Assembly: GCA_963666205.1 (NCBI GenBank)
Contig: OY762654.1
Coordinates: forward strand, 2,112,001 to 2,176,000
Direction: 5' to 3'
Source: Synergistales bacterium
GTDB taxonomy: Bacteria; Synergistota; Synergistia; Synergistales; JAFGMB01
DNA length: 64,000 bases
Within the stretch, counting starts at the first letter, position 1. Each line of letters starts with the position of its first letter. This document shows, in pieces, positions 40,712-51,176 of the stretch. The position numbers and the translations under genes were made by a program. The notes below the pieces were generated by a model, which was given only the letters and a program-made list of their open reading frames with translations, was not told where the DNA came from and searched no databases.

Positions 40712-41701
40712 TTGATGAAAATTATGCAGAAGGAACTGAGAGCCTCTATCATTCAGTATCCCCCGGTGTATATGAACCTTGAGGCAAGTATCGATAAGGC
40801 TTCAGGCCTTATTGCTGAAGCAGCTGGGGATGGTGCGCAGGTGGTAGTGTTTCCCGAAACCTGGCTGCCGGGGTATCCCGTATGGCTGGACAGTTCTCCG
40901 GGAGTCGCACTGTGGGGAAATGAACCCACTAAAAAACTCTACAGAGCCCTGGTAAATAATTCACTGACCATACCTGGGCCCCATTTCGAAAGGTTAATTA
41001 AGATAGCGGGAGATAACAAGGTCTACGTTGTTATGGGATGTCACGAATTGGTTGGCAATACGCTCTTTAACACCATGCTTTATTTAAAGCCGGATGGCGA
41101 GACCTACTCCCTGCACAGGAAACTGATGCCCACCTTCACAGAAAAACTCATATGGGGAATGGCTGACGGAAGCACTCTTTCTGCCGTTGAAACCGAGTTT
41201 GGAAATATGGGGGGATTGATCTGCTGGGAGCACTGGATGCCTTCTGCCAGGCTCGCCATGCATGAGCAGGGAGAGGTTCTGCACATTTCCCAGTGGCCAT
41301 CTGTAAAGGACCTTCACCAGGTGGCAAGCCGTCATTATGCTTTTGAAGGACAGTGCTTTGTGGCTGCTGCTGGTACAGTTCTAACCAAAAAGGATGTTCT
41401 CAGCGGTTTTGATTCCCTTAAAGATCCTGATCCATGTGCAAGGGAGGTCCTTGCAGCAATTGAAGGAGAAGAGGATGAAATGCTCCAGAATGGTGGAAGT
41501 ACATTCATCAGGCCGGATTCCAATTATGTAACCGAGCCTGTTTTTGAGAAATGTGAAATCATTACAGCATCGCTGGATCTTCAGGAGATATTGGAAGGGC
41601 ATCTTCTAATGGATACAGCCGGCCATTATTCGAGACCGGATATTTTTGAGCTCAAGGTAAACACAAAAGCACAGAAGAACATATTTTCAACCAATAATTA
41701 G
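40712..41701 (+). CDS. Nitrilase (carbon-nitrogen hydrolase)
   Basis: FPETW.PGYP, HRKLMPT, LICWEH, GHYSRPD. Confidence 0.9.
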   Translation: MMKIMQKELRASIIQYPPVYMNLEASIDKASGLIAEAAGDGAQVVVFPETWLPGYPVWLDSSPGVALWGNEPTKKLYRALVNNSLTIPGPHFERLIKIAGDNKVYVVMGCHELVGNTLFNTMLYLKPDGETYSLHRKLMPTFTEKLIWGMADGSTLSAVETEFGNMGGLICWEHWMPSARLAMHEQGEVLHISQWPSVKDLHQVASRHYAFEGQCFVAAAGTVLTKKDVLSGFDSLKDPDPCAREVLAAIEGEEDEMLQNGGSTFIRPDSNYVTEPVFEKCEIITASLDLQEILEGHLLMDTAGHYSRPDIFELKVNTKAQKNIFSTNN

Positions 41702-41841
41702 AACACCTTTTCCCAGAGTAAAACTGATGAAACTTGAGAGATGTTAAAAGCTTGTACGGACATGCAATGTTAATGTTCAGAAGATGGGCAGGAGTCATTG
41801 GAAAGACTACTGCCCATCTTCTTATGTTTTACCCTGAAGGA

Positions 41842-42639
41842 CTATTCCTGCAGATCCGCCAGGTTTGTTATGATGGTTCCGGGAGGAAATTTACCTATTG
41901 CATCCACTGCCAGGAAAATTCCAGGGAGATATACTTCGCTTGAAAAATCCTGAACGTTGATCCTGATGATCTCGTCAGTCCGTCCAAGGGTTATCTCGTG
42001 TTCCGAGTAAGGGCCGGGGTAGGGCATCCTCTGGGAAAGAATCTGTACTCTACCTGCACTTCCTCCAAGGACATGGGGTAGAACTTCCATGCTTCTTACA
42101 TTACCGGATTCCCCATGGGCAGCGGATTCTGCAATGGACATGGCAGTCCCGCTGGGAGCATTGGCCATTTTTGAGTGATGACGGTCGATGATGCTTACAT
42201 GGGGGTAATATACGCTCACTTTCTTGAGGAAGTCCATAACGAAGTTCATTCCCAGCCCGAAGTTGGAGATGATCGCCCACCTTGTACCTGCCTCTTCTGC
42301 AAGTGTATGGACTTCATCCATCATTTCATCGTCAAAACCGGTAGTCCCTATTACTGCATTGATCCTGTTCCTGGCGTATATCCTCATGTTATCCATTATG
42401 ATCCTGGCGGAAGTGAAATCGATTACCATATCGGGTTTTAACTGGTCCATAGCATATTCCAGGTCTGAATTACAATACATGCCGATGGGTTCCAGACCGG
42501 CAGCAGCAGCGATATCCAGACCGGTATCGGAACAGTAACCGCCTGCAATCTGATATTTATCGCTCTCTATTATGGTCTTTGTAATGCATCTTCCAACATT
42601 TCCAGTGGTTCCTGAGACGAAGATCTTCATTCTGTCCAC
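41842..42639 (-). CDS. Dihydrodipicolinate reductase (DapB)-like protein
   Basis: GTTGNVG, IDFT, IGTTG, NFGLG, HHSKMANAPSGTA. Confidence 0.75.
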   Translation of the reverse strand: MDRMKIFVSGTTGNVGRCITKTIIESDKYQIAGGYCSDTGLDIAAAAGLEPIGMYCNSDLEYAMDQLKPDMVIDFTSARIIMDNMRIYARNRINAVIGTTGFDDEMMDEVHTLAEEAGTRWAIISNFGLGMNFVMDFLKKVSVYYPHVSIIDRHHSKMANAPSGTAMSIAESAAHGESGNVRSMEVLPHVLGGSAGRVQILSQRMPYPGPYSEHEITLGRTDEIIRINVQDFSSEVYLPGIFLAVDAIGKFPPGTIITNLADLQE

Positions 42640-43106
42640 GATACAACCTCCCGAGTGTTAGAGATTTCATGTTTCTCTTGAACTATTCTAGCAGTTACTG
42701 AAATATTTCATCGATATACATGACTGGTGTTATGGAGTGAAATAAAACAATAGAGCCAGGCTTTGAGTACACACGTTCAGGTTTAAATGACAACTGGCCT
42801 GTTCCTGTTGCTTCTTTAGTGGATCTACAGGAAAGAAAAATATAAAAATGTATCCCAGAACTGTCTGGCAAGATCACCAGCTATTCTATGAATGATAATC
42901 TTTATCAACTTGACAGAATAACCCGGGGAGTGTGAAAATGAATTTTATAAGACAACAGGTTCTTAGTTCAGACCGCTGCCACTTCAGAATAATGATATTA
43001 CAGGCCAATTCCGCTCTGCGGAAGGGGTGTTTTTCAGAATAAACCGAATATGGAGCTGCAGGTGAACCGGTGATCCATGCTTTAGACACACCCGGGAGGT
43101 GTTAAT

Positions 43107-43934
43107 ATGCTCAGGATTACTACGCTGGTTGAAAATACAGCGGGGGAGCACCACGCACTTATCAACGAACACGGTATCTCCTTCTATATCGAAAAAGACG
43201 GCCATAAGCTACTGTTCGATACAGGTCAGTCTGATGCCTTCCTCAGAAATGCCACCCAGATGAGAATAGATCTTTCGGATCTTGAATATGTTGTTATAAG
43301 CCACGGACACTACGACCATTCAGGGGGATTCCGCCATATTGCTGATCGAACCAGTTCTTTCAGGTTGAGAGTGGGGCGGGGTTTTTTTGACGAAAAATAT
43401 GCTCTCCGTAACGGTGCCTATGATTTTCTCGGCAACAATTTCGATGAAACCTTTCTTAGAGAACAACGTATTTCCTGGGCTTACTCAACCAGGAAGGTTG
43501 AGGAAATTCTTCCAGGTGTTTTTATCCTTTCATGTTTTTCCCGTTTTCAGGATGATGAAAAGGTCAATTCCAGGTTTCTGATCCGTAAGGATGACATGTT
43601 CGTACAGGATAACTTTGATGATGAGATACTCCTTGCCATTGAAACATCCAGGGGATTGGCAGTTCTGCTCGGATGTTCCCATCCTGGAATGCGGAACATG
43701 CTGGACACCGTAAAAAAACGTCTTGGAAAGCCAATTTATGCGGTGCTTGGTGGGACCCACCTGGTGGAGTCAAAGGGAGGAAGTCTTGACAGGTCTCTGG
43801 AGTATCTTGATGATCCTGAAACCTGTATTGTCGCGGTATCCCACTGTACCGGAGAGGAGGCGATGTCCTTTCTGAAGGAGACGAATAAACGGTTTCTCCA
43901 TAATATAACCGGCACTTCACTGTTCCTCGAGTAG
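43107..43934 (+). CDS. MBL-fold metallohydrolase
   Basis: EHGISF, FDTG, SHGHYDHSGG, GCSHPG, GGTHL, HCTG. Confidence 0.88.
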   Translation: MLRITTLVENTAGEHHALINEHGISFYIEKDGHKLLFDTGQSDAFLRNATQMRIDLSDLEYVVISHGHYDHSGGFRHIADRTSSFRLRVGRGFFDEKYALRNGAYDFLGNNFDETFLREQRISWAYSTRKVEEILPGVFILSCFSRFQDDEKVNSRFLIRKDDMFVQDNFDDEILLAIETSRGLAVLLGCSHPGMRNMLDTVKKRLGKPIYAVLGGTHLVESKGGSLDRSLEYLDDPETCIVAVSHCTGEEAMSFLKETNKRFLHNITGTSLFLE

Positions 43935-44012
43935 TTTTCCGGTTTCGCAGAAGCATGCAGATATCTGTTTCTGTGTGTTTCCTGAGAGACACAATAAAAA
44001 GGGGGTTAAACG

Positions 44013-45068
44013 ATGAAGGTGTTCAGAAATGTGTTTCTTGTATTGCTTGTTTCTGCTTTTGTCCTGGGGGCAATGATGCCAGGCCAGTTCGCGGAGGCTG
44101 CAGATGCTCCAAAGAAGATAGTATGGAAATCTTCAGGCCATGGTCCTGCTTCTGATCCTTCCCAGATCTTCCATGACGAGTGCTGCAAGGCCATTACCAA
44201 GGCTTCTGGCGGCCGCATGGAGATAAAGCCCTTTGTGGGTGGCTCAATAGTCCCTGCCTACAAGGAGCTTGATGCTGTTAACGAAGGAGCTCTGCAGATG
44301 TGTTACACCTGCCCCATGTACAACCTTGACAAGTGGTCAGCGGCGGGGCTTATAAGCTCAAGACCCGGAGCTCTTGCAGGAGAGGCCCTTCGTACATGGT
44401 TCAACTATGGCGGCGGTGCAGATCTCATGAACAAGATGATGGGCGGGTACGATGCTCTTACCTTCCCTGGAGCTCTTTCTCCCCTTCCCGAAGAGGTTTT
44501 CTTCCACTCAAAGAAGAAACTTGAAACCCTGGATGATCTCAAATCCCTCAAAGCACGCTGTATGGGCGATGGCGGCGAGATCCTGAAGAGAATGGGAGCT
44601 GCCACCGTAATTATCCCGGGTGGAGAACTCTATGAGGCCATGAAGAGAGGAACCATCGACGCTTTCGAATATTCAACCCTTGCATCCAACTGGAACATGC
44701 ATTTCAATGAAGTTGCCAAGTACGTTTATATTTCTCCCACCCGTGCTCCAAGCGATCCCCAGGTATTCTTCGTGAGCAAATCCGCCTGGGAGGCTCTTCC
44801 TGAAGACCTCAAGCTTCTTGTCCAGACCACAGTAGACAGGTTTACCCAGGCCCAGCATGAATATCTGGTATACGAATCCATCAAGGCTGTTGACAAGTTC
44901 AGGGAAGCCGGTTGCGAGGTCCTGAAGGTTCCCAAGGAGATCGAAGATGCTCTCCTGATCGAGGCGGACAAGTTCTACGAGGAAAAATCTGCAAAAGAGG
45001 GTCCGATTTTCGGTGAGATCTACTATTCGATGAAAGAATACGGAGAAGCCTACAGATCCGTTAAATAA
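44013..45068 (+). CDS. dctP: TRAP substrate-binding protein (DctP family)
   Basis: Signal peptide; SGGRMEI, GELYEAMKRGTIDAFE, AWEALPEDL. Confidence 0.88.
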   Translation: MKVFRNVFLVLLVSAFVLGAMMPGQFAEAADAPKKIVWKSSGHGPASDPSQIFHDECCKAITKASGGRMEIKPFVGGSIVPAYKELDAVNEGALQMCYTCPMYNLDKWSAAGLISSRPGALAGEALRTWFNYGGGADLMNKMMGGYDALTFPGALSPLPEEVFFHSKKKLETLDDLKSLKARCMGDGGEILKRMGAATVIIPGGELYEAMKRGTIDAFEYSTLASNWNMHFNEVAKYVYISPTRAPSDPQVFFVSKSAWEALPEDLKLLVQTTVDRFTQAQHEYLVYESIKAVDKFREAGCEVLKVPKEIEDALLIEADKFYEEKSAKEGPIFGEIYYSMKEYGEAYRSVK

Positions 45069-45100
45069 CTGCGGAAGCAGTCTGGCTCAAGGAGAAAAAC

Positions 45101-45619
45101 ATGTCTGGCTTAAAACGCATACTTGGAATAATTGATTCGATCAGCGAATTATCCGGTTCTGTGGGGAAATGGTTCGCCCTTCTCCTTGTGCTTGCAGGAA
45201 CTTACGAAACTGTTGCCCGGCACTTTTTCAATGCTCCAACCATCTGGGCATATGATGTTCTGTGCATGTCAGGAGGCACCCTTTATTTACTGGGTGCCTC
45301 CTATGACTATCTCCACGATGCCCATACGCGGGTGGACCTTTTCTTCAACATGCTTTCTCCCCGTAAAAAAGCGTTCATGAATGTTATATGCTCACTTCTT
45401 TTTTTCTTCCCCCTTATGATAATCATGTTCAAGCTTGCCTTCACATGGGCAGTACGGGCATGGAAGATCAAGGAAGTGTTCTTTAACAGTTTCTGGTATC
45501 CGCCGGCAGGTCCCTACCGCACAATTTTCGCGATCGGTCTTTTCTTGCTCATCCTTCAGGGGGCAGCCAATTTTATCAGGGATCTCTATTTTGTGATAAG
45601 GGGTGAGACTCTTGATTGA
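45101..45619 (+). CDS. dctQ: TRAP small permease
   Basis: RHFFNAPTIWAYD, HTRVD; four TM segments. Confidence 0.88.
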   Translation: MSGLKRILGIIDSISELSGSVGKWFALLLVLAGTYETVARHFFNAPTIWAYDVLCMSGGTLYLLGASYDYLHDAHTRVDLFFNMLSPRKKAFMNVICSLLFFFPLMIIMFKLAFTWAVRAWKIKEVFFNSFWYPPAGPYRTIFAIGLFLLILQGAANFIRDLYFVIRGETLD

Positions 45620-46955
45620 ACTTAGCCCTGAGCTTGTTACTATCTTAATGCTGGGTGGAGTCCTGTTCCTTGTCATGACGGGGTTTCCCATCGCTTTTGT
45701 GATCGGGAGCGTAGCTTTCTTTGTGGGTCTTCTCGTTTTTGGCCCCACTACTACGTTCCACATCCTTTACAGCAGGTTTTACGGTCTTTCACTGAATTAC
45801 CCATATCTGGCGGTGCCTTTATTCACCTTCATGGGGGTTATATTGCAACATTCAGGGGTCACAAAAGATCTTTACGAGTGTCTTTATGAAGCTCTTGGAA
45901 GGCTTCGTGGAGGATTGGCAGTGGTAACTATAATCTTTGGAACCATCCTTGCAGCCTGCCTTGGCGTAATAGCTGCATCGGTAACCATTCTTACCCTTAT
46001 TGCCCTTAACCCTATGATCTCCCGTGGTTATGATAAAGCCCTTGCTTCCGGTTCCATAGTTGCCGCAGGCACTCTTGGTATCCTCATCCCGCCCAGTATA
46101 ATGCTTGTGGTCTATGCCCCTCAGGCGGGGCTTTCCATCGGTCAGATGTTCATGGGCGCCGTTTTCCCCGGGCTCCTTCTTTCTGCGTTCTATATTACCT
46201 ACGTCGTTATTCGGTGTGCCCTGAATCCGGCCATAGGACCGGCGATTCCGGAAGAGCAGATCACTCCCTTTTCCTCCAAAAAGCTTATCCGACTTCTGGT
46301 ATCCCTTGTTCCTCCTCTGCTACTGATAGTGGCTGTTCTGGGGACCATATTTGCTGGTATAGCTCCACCCACGGAGGCGGCGGCTATAGGATGTTCCGCG
46401 GCGATACTCCTGGCAATAGGCTACAGGAAATTCACCTGGAATCTTATCCGGGAGGCATCTCTCCAAACCATGCGGGTAAGTGCCTTTGTTGTTATGATCG
46501 CAGCATTGTGTTATGCATATGTAGGGATCTTCATGAGTGCGGGGGCAGGGGATGTGGTCGCTGATTTTATCCTCTCCGTTCCAGGAGGGAGATGGATGTC
46601 CTTTTTCGTGATCATGGCAATAGTGTTCATGCTCGGCATGTTCATCGAATGGATAGGGATAGTTTTCATAGTTGTTCCCATCTTCTCTCCCATTATAGTA
46701 GCTCTGGGTTTTGATCCCCTCTGGGCGGGGATGATGGTATGTATAAACCTGCAGATGGCCTTCCAGACACCCCCTATGGCCATGTCGATCTTTGTCCTTA
46801 AAGGCACGGCCCCTCCGGAACTTGGTGTTACCATAGGGGACATAATAAGAGGTGTAATTCCTTTCATCCTGATCATTATGGTTGTACTGACACTGTGTGC
46901 CGTATTCCCCGGTATCATAACCTGGCTGCCGGCAAAAATGATCGGGACCTTTTAA
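45603..46955 (+). CDS. dctM: TRAP large permease
   Basis: LAVPLF, GTLGILIPPS, PTEAAA, TPP. Confidence 0.9.
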   Translation: MRLLIELSPELVTILMLGGVLFLVMTGFPIAFVIGSVAFFVGLLVFGPTTTFHILYSRFYGLSLNYPYLAVPLFTFMGVILQHSGVTKDLYECLYEALGRLRGGLAVVTIIFGTILAACLGVIAASVTILTLIALNPMISRGYDKALASGSIVAAGTLGILIPPSIMLVVYAPQAGLSIGQMFMGAVFPGLLLSAFYITYVVIRCALNPAIGPAIPEEQITPFSSKKLIRLLVSLVPPLLLIVAVLGTIFAGIAPPTEAAAIGCSAAILLAIGYRKFTWNLIREASLQTMRVSAFVVMIAALCYAYVGIFMSAGAGDVVADFILSVPGGRWMSFFVIMAIVFMLGMFIEWIGIVFIVVPIFSPIIVALGFDPLWAGMMVCINLQMAFQTPPMAMSIFVLKGTAPPELGVTIGDIIRGVIPFILIIMVVLTLCAVFPGIITWLPAKMIGTF

Positions 46956-46991
46956 AGAAAAGGATTTTTTCTGAATTGGAGAATAGCACTT

Positions 46992-47034
46992 AAAGATCAG
47001 GGCGCCCAGGTATTACAGGGGCGCCCTGATCTTT
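46992..47034. terminator. Bidirectional terminator
   Basis: AAAGATCAGGGCGCCC / GGGCGCCCTGATCTTT. Confidence 0.75.
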
Positions 47035-47075
47035 TCCTTTTCAGATGAACATCTTCCCTGAAAGAAAAATGACAC

Positions 47076-47510
47076 CTATGAAAAAAGCTTCTTAAGGGCC
47101 AGCAATCCCCCGAGGAAAACACCCTTTCCGACGGTTTCAACAAGTGCTTCTTCATTTTCTGGTGCCGTATCGAATTCTGCAGACCATATTGCCAGGGTAG
47201 TGTCTTCTTCTGTTACAGGTATGAGAGATAAAACGGCGTGATAATTGGTAAGAGCCATGCCGGACTTGAGAATGGTGTAATCACATCGATAATTTACATC
47301 ATCCAGTGCCAGCAGCTTTTCTCTTATGTTATCCCCGTTCACAAGAAAAAAATTGCGTATACAGCCAACAGAATCGGCTGGTCTGTTATCTTCGATCTCG
47401 CTTTTTGCTATTGCAGGATGCCAGGCAGGCAGGCCGTTGAAATCCCTTACCACATCCCAGACCCTGTCAACCGGGGCACAGATAATTGCACTTTCAAAAA
47501 CCTTTGCCAT
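47076..47510 (-). CDS. SRPBCC (polyketide cyclase-like) protein
   Basis: APVDRVW..VRDFNGLPAWHP, VGCIR, EKL. Confidence 0.85.
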   Translation of the reverse strand: MAKVFESAIICAPVDRVWDVVRDFNGLPAWHPAIAKSEIEDNRPADSVGCIRNFFLVNGDNIREKLLALDDVNYRCDYTILKSGMALTNYHAVLSLIPVTEEDTTLAIWSAEFDTAPENEEALVETVGKGVFLGGLLALKKLFS

Positions 47511-47715
47511 AGAGATCCCTCCTGAAGTTTAAAATGCTACTTGATTTATCATATCATCAACTTAAAGAAGAGTCATAATTCTGATGTGGTGGTATAACAT
47601 GTAATATAAAAACGTCAGCTGTAATAAAATCAATTTTCTACCTGGTTCAAGGGTGTGTACATTAAACAGAAGGGATCCTCTGATCCGGGGATAGGAAAAG
47701 AGAGAGGATAGGGTC

Positions 47716-48294
47716 ATGAAAGGACATGTCAGAAAGTTTCATCTGATCGCTCCTATCTATCAGTCTTTCTTTAAATTCCAGGTTCTTTATTATTCAAAGA
47801 TAATAAAAAAACATTTACCGCAATTAACTTCAGAAAGAGAGGGATGTCTCCTTGACCTGGGGTGCGGTACCGGAGCATTCGCATTCAGCTGGCAGAAAGC
47901 AGGGTTTAAAGTCCTTGCTGCAGATGCTGCTCCGGGTATGATCAGACAATGTTTACAAAACGGTCTTGACTGCATTGAACTGGATATTCTTGAGAAGTTA
48001 CCCTTTGCAGATAACAGCTTTAAGATCATTACTGCTGCATACCTTGCCCATGGCCTTACAAAGGAAGAAAGGATTATCCTGTACAGAGAATCATCCAGAG
48101 TTGCGGAAAAACTGGTTGTCTTTCATGATTTCAGTACCAGATTCAACCTGATCATTTCATTTATTGAAGCTCTTGAGGGGAGTCATTATAACGAATTTAT
48201 CAATGCTGTTCCGGATGAGATGGGGATCTGTTTCAGGAATGTCAGAGTGATCCCTGTTAACCCCTGGCATAACTGGTATGTCTGTGAACCGTGA
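47716..48294 (+). CDS. Class I SAM-dependent methyltransferase
   Basis: LDLGCGTG, LPFADNSF. Confidence 0.85.
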   Translation: MKGHVRKFHLIAPIYQSFFKFQVLYYSKIIKKHLPQLTSEREGCLLDLGCGTGAFAFSWQKAGFKVLAADAAPGMIRQCLQNGLDCIELDILEKLPFADNSFKIITAAYLAHGLTKEERIILYRESSRVAEKLVVFHDFSTRFNLIISFIEALEGSHYNEFINAVPDEMGICFRNVRVIPVNPWHNWYVCEP

Positions 48295-48409
48295 ATTTTA
48301 CACATAATACTCAGGTTCGTGGTCTGTCTTTTCTTTACTTATGCAGTTTGCGGCATCCATGTTTGCTTTATATAATGACACACAATTTCAGAGAGAAGGA
48401 GAATGAGGA

Positions 48410-49087
48410 TTGATGAGTACACAGGAGAGAGGATTTTGCCCATTATCAGGGTACCAGGAGTATTCTCCGGATGAAATGAAGGAACGATCACGTCTTTTCT
48501 ATGAAAATATGAAACGCCGAAGGTCTGTTCGTCACTTTTCCGATCGTGATGTACCAAGGGAAGTTATTGAAAACTGCCTGCTGACAGCATCTACTGCTCC
48601 AAGCGGGGCAAATATGCAGCCCTGGCATTTTGTGGCAGTTTCTGACAAGGCCATGAAAAAACAGATCCGGCATGCTTGCGAGAAAGTCGAGCGGGAGTTT
48701 TATCGCAAACAGGCCGAGCAGGCGTGGGGTAAGGCTTTGGAACATCTGGGAACTAATGCACAGAAACCATTTCTGGAAACAGCTCCTTATTTGATCGCTA
48801 TTTTTGCCCAACCCTACGGGATTTCTCCCGAGGGTGAAAAAATACCACATTATTATGTAACACAATCAGTAGGCCTTGCCACCGGTATGCTCATTTCAGC
48901 CATACATGAGGCAGGGCTGGTCTCTTTGACTTATACCCCGGGTGATACAAGATTCCTGAATGATATGCTCTCCCGCCCTTCCCATGAACAGCCCTTTATG
49001 ATCCTTGTTACAGGTTATCCGGCGGAAGACACGGAAGTGCCTGTTATTAAGAAGAAGAAGCTGGAAGAAATGACCACCTTTATTTAA
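48410..49087 (+). CDS. Nitroreductase-superfamily protein, iodotyrosine deiodinase-like
   Basis: RRSVRHF, APSGANMQPW, EREFY, LGT..KPFLETAP, YYV..SVG. Confidence 0.8.
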   Translation: MMSTQERGFCPLSGYQEYSPDEMKERSRLFYENMKRRRSVRHFSDRDVPREVIENCLLTASTAPSGANMQPWHFVAVSDKAMKKQIRHACEKVEREFYRKQAEQAWGKALEHLGTNAQKPFLETAPYLIAIFAQPYGISPEGEKIPHYYVTQSVGLATGMLISAIHEAGLVSLTYTPGDTRFLNDMLSRPSHEQPFMILVTGYPAEDTEVPVIKKKKLEEMTTFI

Positions 49088-49264
49088 TTTTACCATTTGG
49101 GCTTTTATTACCCCGGTTCTGTCGATAGTACTTTGAGGATGATCTGAGAATAAATAATAATAGCCGTTCAGGCAACTCAACCGGTTCTTTCAGTTTTAAG
49201 GGAGTTAACAGTTTTTTTCGTGACTGTAATATAATGCAGACAAACCTTTTTAAGGAGTATCTTA

Positions 49265-49594
49265 ATGAATCCTGATATTTTCCGTAAAAAAGCTAATGAC
49301 ATTGTTGAAGATCTGCCCGTGGATCTTTTTAAACAGCTTAATGGAGGGATCCTTGTCCTTGATGAGAAAAAAGAAGAGGATGACTGCCTTGTAATGGGGG
49401 AGTATATCGAGGATCCCGCCATGGGTAAAAGGATCCTTCTTTACTACGGTTCTTTTGCAGATGACCTGGAGGGTGCGTCTGTTGAGGAGTGGGTTGAGGA
49501 AATAGAGGATACCATACTTCATGAACTCCGTCATCACATCGAATCCCTGGCCGGAGTGGATTATCTTTCCGATGAAGAGATGCAGGAGTCATGA
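49265..49594 (+). CDS. Small zincin-like metallopeptidase family protein
   Basis: QLNGGI, IxLYYGSF, HELRHH.ESLAG. Confidence 0.75.
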   Translation: MNPDIFRKKANDIVEDLPVDLFKQLNGGILVLDEKKEEDDCLVMGEYIEDPAMGKRILLYYGSFADDLEGASVEEWVEEIEDTILHELRHHIESLAGVDYLSDEEMQES

Positions 49595-49650
49595 TATGGC
49601 AGACATGGAAGATCATGTACTCCAGATAAACACAATTAAAAATATCCGGG

Positions 49651-50163
49651 GTGAATGAATTGGAGATCAGGACAAAGATTGAAGGATTTACCATAAGGCG
49701 ATGTACCGTGAAGGATGTTCCCCAGATTCTTGCTTTTATCCAGGAGCTTGCAGATTATGAGGGACTGGGTGATGAGGTGGTAGCTTCGGAGGAGATACTT
49801 GAAGAGTTTCTCTTCGGAACAAAGAGCTATGCCGAGGTCGTCTTTGGATGCATGGATGGTGTTCCTGTAGGTTTTGCCCTTTATTTCCATAATTTTTCAA
49901 CTTTCTTCGGCAGGCCGGGCCTATATCTGGAAGATCTATATGTAAGGCCTGAAATGAGAGGAAGGGGAATGGGGAAAACATTACTGCAGTACCTGGCGAG
50001 GGTTGCCCTTGAAAGAGACTGCAGACGCTTTGAATGGTGTGTTCTGACCTACAATACACCGGCTATTGAATTTTATCGATCCATTGGGGCAAAAGGAATG
50101 GATGAACTGCTGATCAACCGTGTTACCGGCGATGCCCTGAAAGAACTGGCGGGAGATTTATGA
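49651..50163 (+). CDS. GNAT N-acetyltransferase (diamine acetyltransferase-like)
   Basis: ELADYE, FSTF.G.PGLYLEDLYV, RGRGMG. Confidence 0.88.
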   Translation: MNELEIRTKIEGFTIRRCTVKDVPQILAFIQELADYEGLGDEVVASEEILEEFLFGTKSYAEVVFGCMDGVPVGFALYFHNFSTFFGRPGLYLEDLYVRPEMRGRGMGKTLLQYLARVALERDCRRFEWCVLTYNTPAIEFYRSIGAKGMDELLINRVTGDALKELAGDL

Positions 50164-50241
50164 CAGCGGACCCTTGAAATTACCTGATATCCGGTTATAC
50201 AAAAACGGATATCTTGATAAAAATATCATTTTAAACAACAA

Positions 50242-50274
50242 GAAGGCAGGCCTTTCATTCAAAGGCCTGCCTTC
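50242..50274. terminator. Bidirectional terminator
   Basis: GAAGGCAGGCCTTT / AAAGGCCTGCCTTC. Confidence 0.7.
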
Positions 50275-50295
50275 GTTTATTATCAGGATGATCTT

Positions 50296-51120
50296 TTATA
50301 TCCAGGTTATATCAGCCTTATTCCGTTTGGGAATCGTCCTGGCGGGATATTTCGCATAACCGAAGGCCATGGAGTATCCAAGTTCATAACCTTCAGGTAT
50401 TTTCAGATCCTCGAGTATGGAAGGATCGTTAGTAACAGCCATTTTTACCAGTCCCAGCCAGCAGGTACCGATACCGTAAGATTGGGAAAGTATTTCGAAC
50501 CAGGAAAGGGCTATGGTCGAATCGGTCTGGGCAAGTATGTTACCCGAAGGAACTATGGAGAGGATCATCTGGGGAGCTTTACGGGTTATAAGATCCTTGC
50601 CTTCCTTAAAGGCTCTTGCAGCAGTCCTGAAGAAAGGAGTATAGGGGTTTTCCCTGTCCCTTTCAGCTGCGTGTCCCATCCAGGATGCCACTCTGGCTCC
50701 GATATTCTGTACCTTTTCAGGACCATTCAGAATTATCCACTTCACCGGCTGTCGATTGCTTCCGGAAGGAGAATAACGGACAGTATCCATTATCTCCTCC
50801 AGTTTCTCCGGTTCGACAAGTTTTTCCTGGAAAAGCCTTATAGTTCTTCTTGCATAAAGATGATCCTTAAGCTGCTGCGGTCTGACTCTGGAGATACTTT
50901 TGCCCCACAGAGCAGAGTATTCCCCCTCATAGCTTGACGAGACAGCTCCTGTCGGGCAGAATGCCTCGCAATGACCGCATTTCCTGCAGGTATTCAAGGA
51001 TTCTTCTTTAACAAAAGGAACATTGTCTCCTTCCTGAATGATTATCCCTGCAGGGCATACCAGTTTACATAGACCGCAACTGGTACATTTTTCATTGCTG
51101 AAATTTATCATCTGATCCAT
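50296..51120 (-). CDS. Nitroreductase with N-terminal 2x[4Fe-4S] domain
   Basis: CTSCGLC..CP, CRKCGHC..CP, RRTIR, SPSGSN. Confidence 0.88.
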   Translation of the reverse strand: MDQMINFSNEKCTSCGLCKLVCPAGIIIQEGDNVPFVKEESLNTCRKCGHCEAFCPTGAVSSSYEGEYSALWGKSISRVRPQQLKDHLYARRTIRLFQEKLVEPEKLEEIMDTVRYSPSGSNRQPVKWIILNGPEKVQNIGARVASWMGHAAERDRENPYTPFFRTAARAFKEGKDLITRKAPQMILSIVPSGNILAQTDSTIALSWFEILSQSYGIGTCWLGLVKMAVTNDPSILEDLKIPEGYELGYSMAFGYAKYPARTIPKRNKADITWI

Positions 51121-51176
51121 TCTCCTCTATCTCTATCTTATCGGGTTTGAATATCCTGAAACATGGACGGAAGATG

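Noticed and set aside
42950-43100. Possible ykkC-type riboswitch before the MBL/TRAP operon (GACACACCCGGGAGG)
   Set aside because: Only the 3' words resemble it and they overlap the RBS; core motifs were not found. An Rfam search would be needed.
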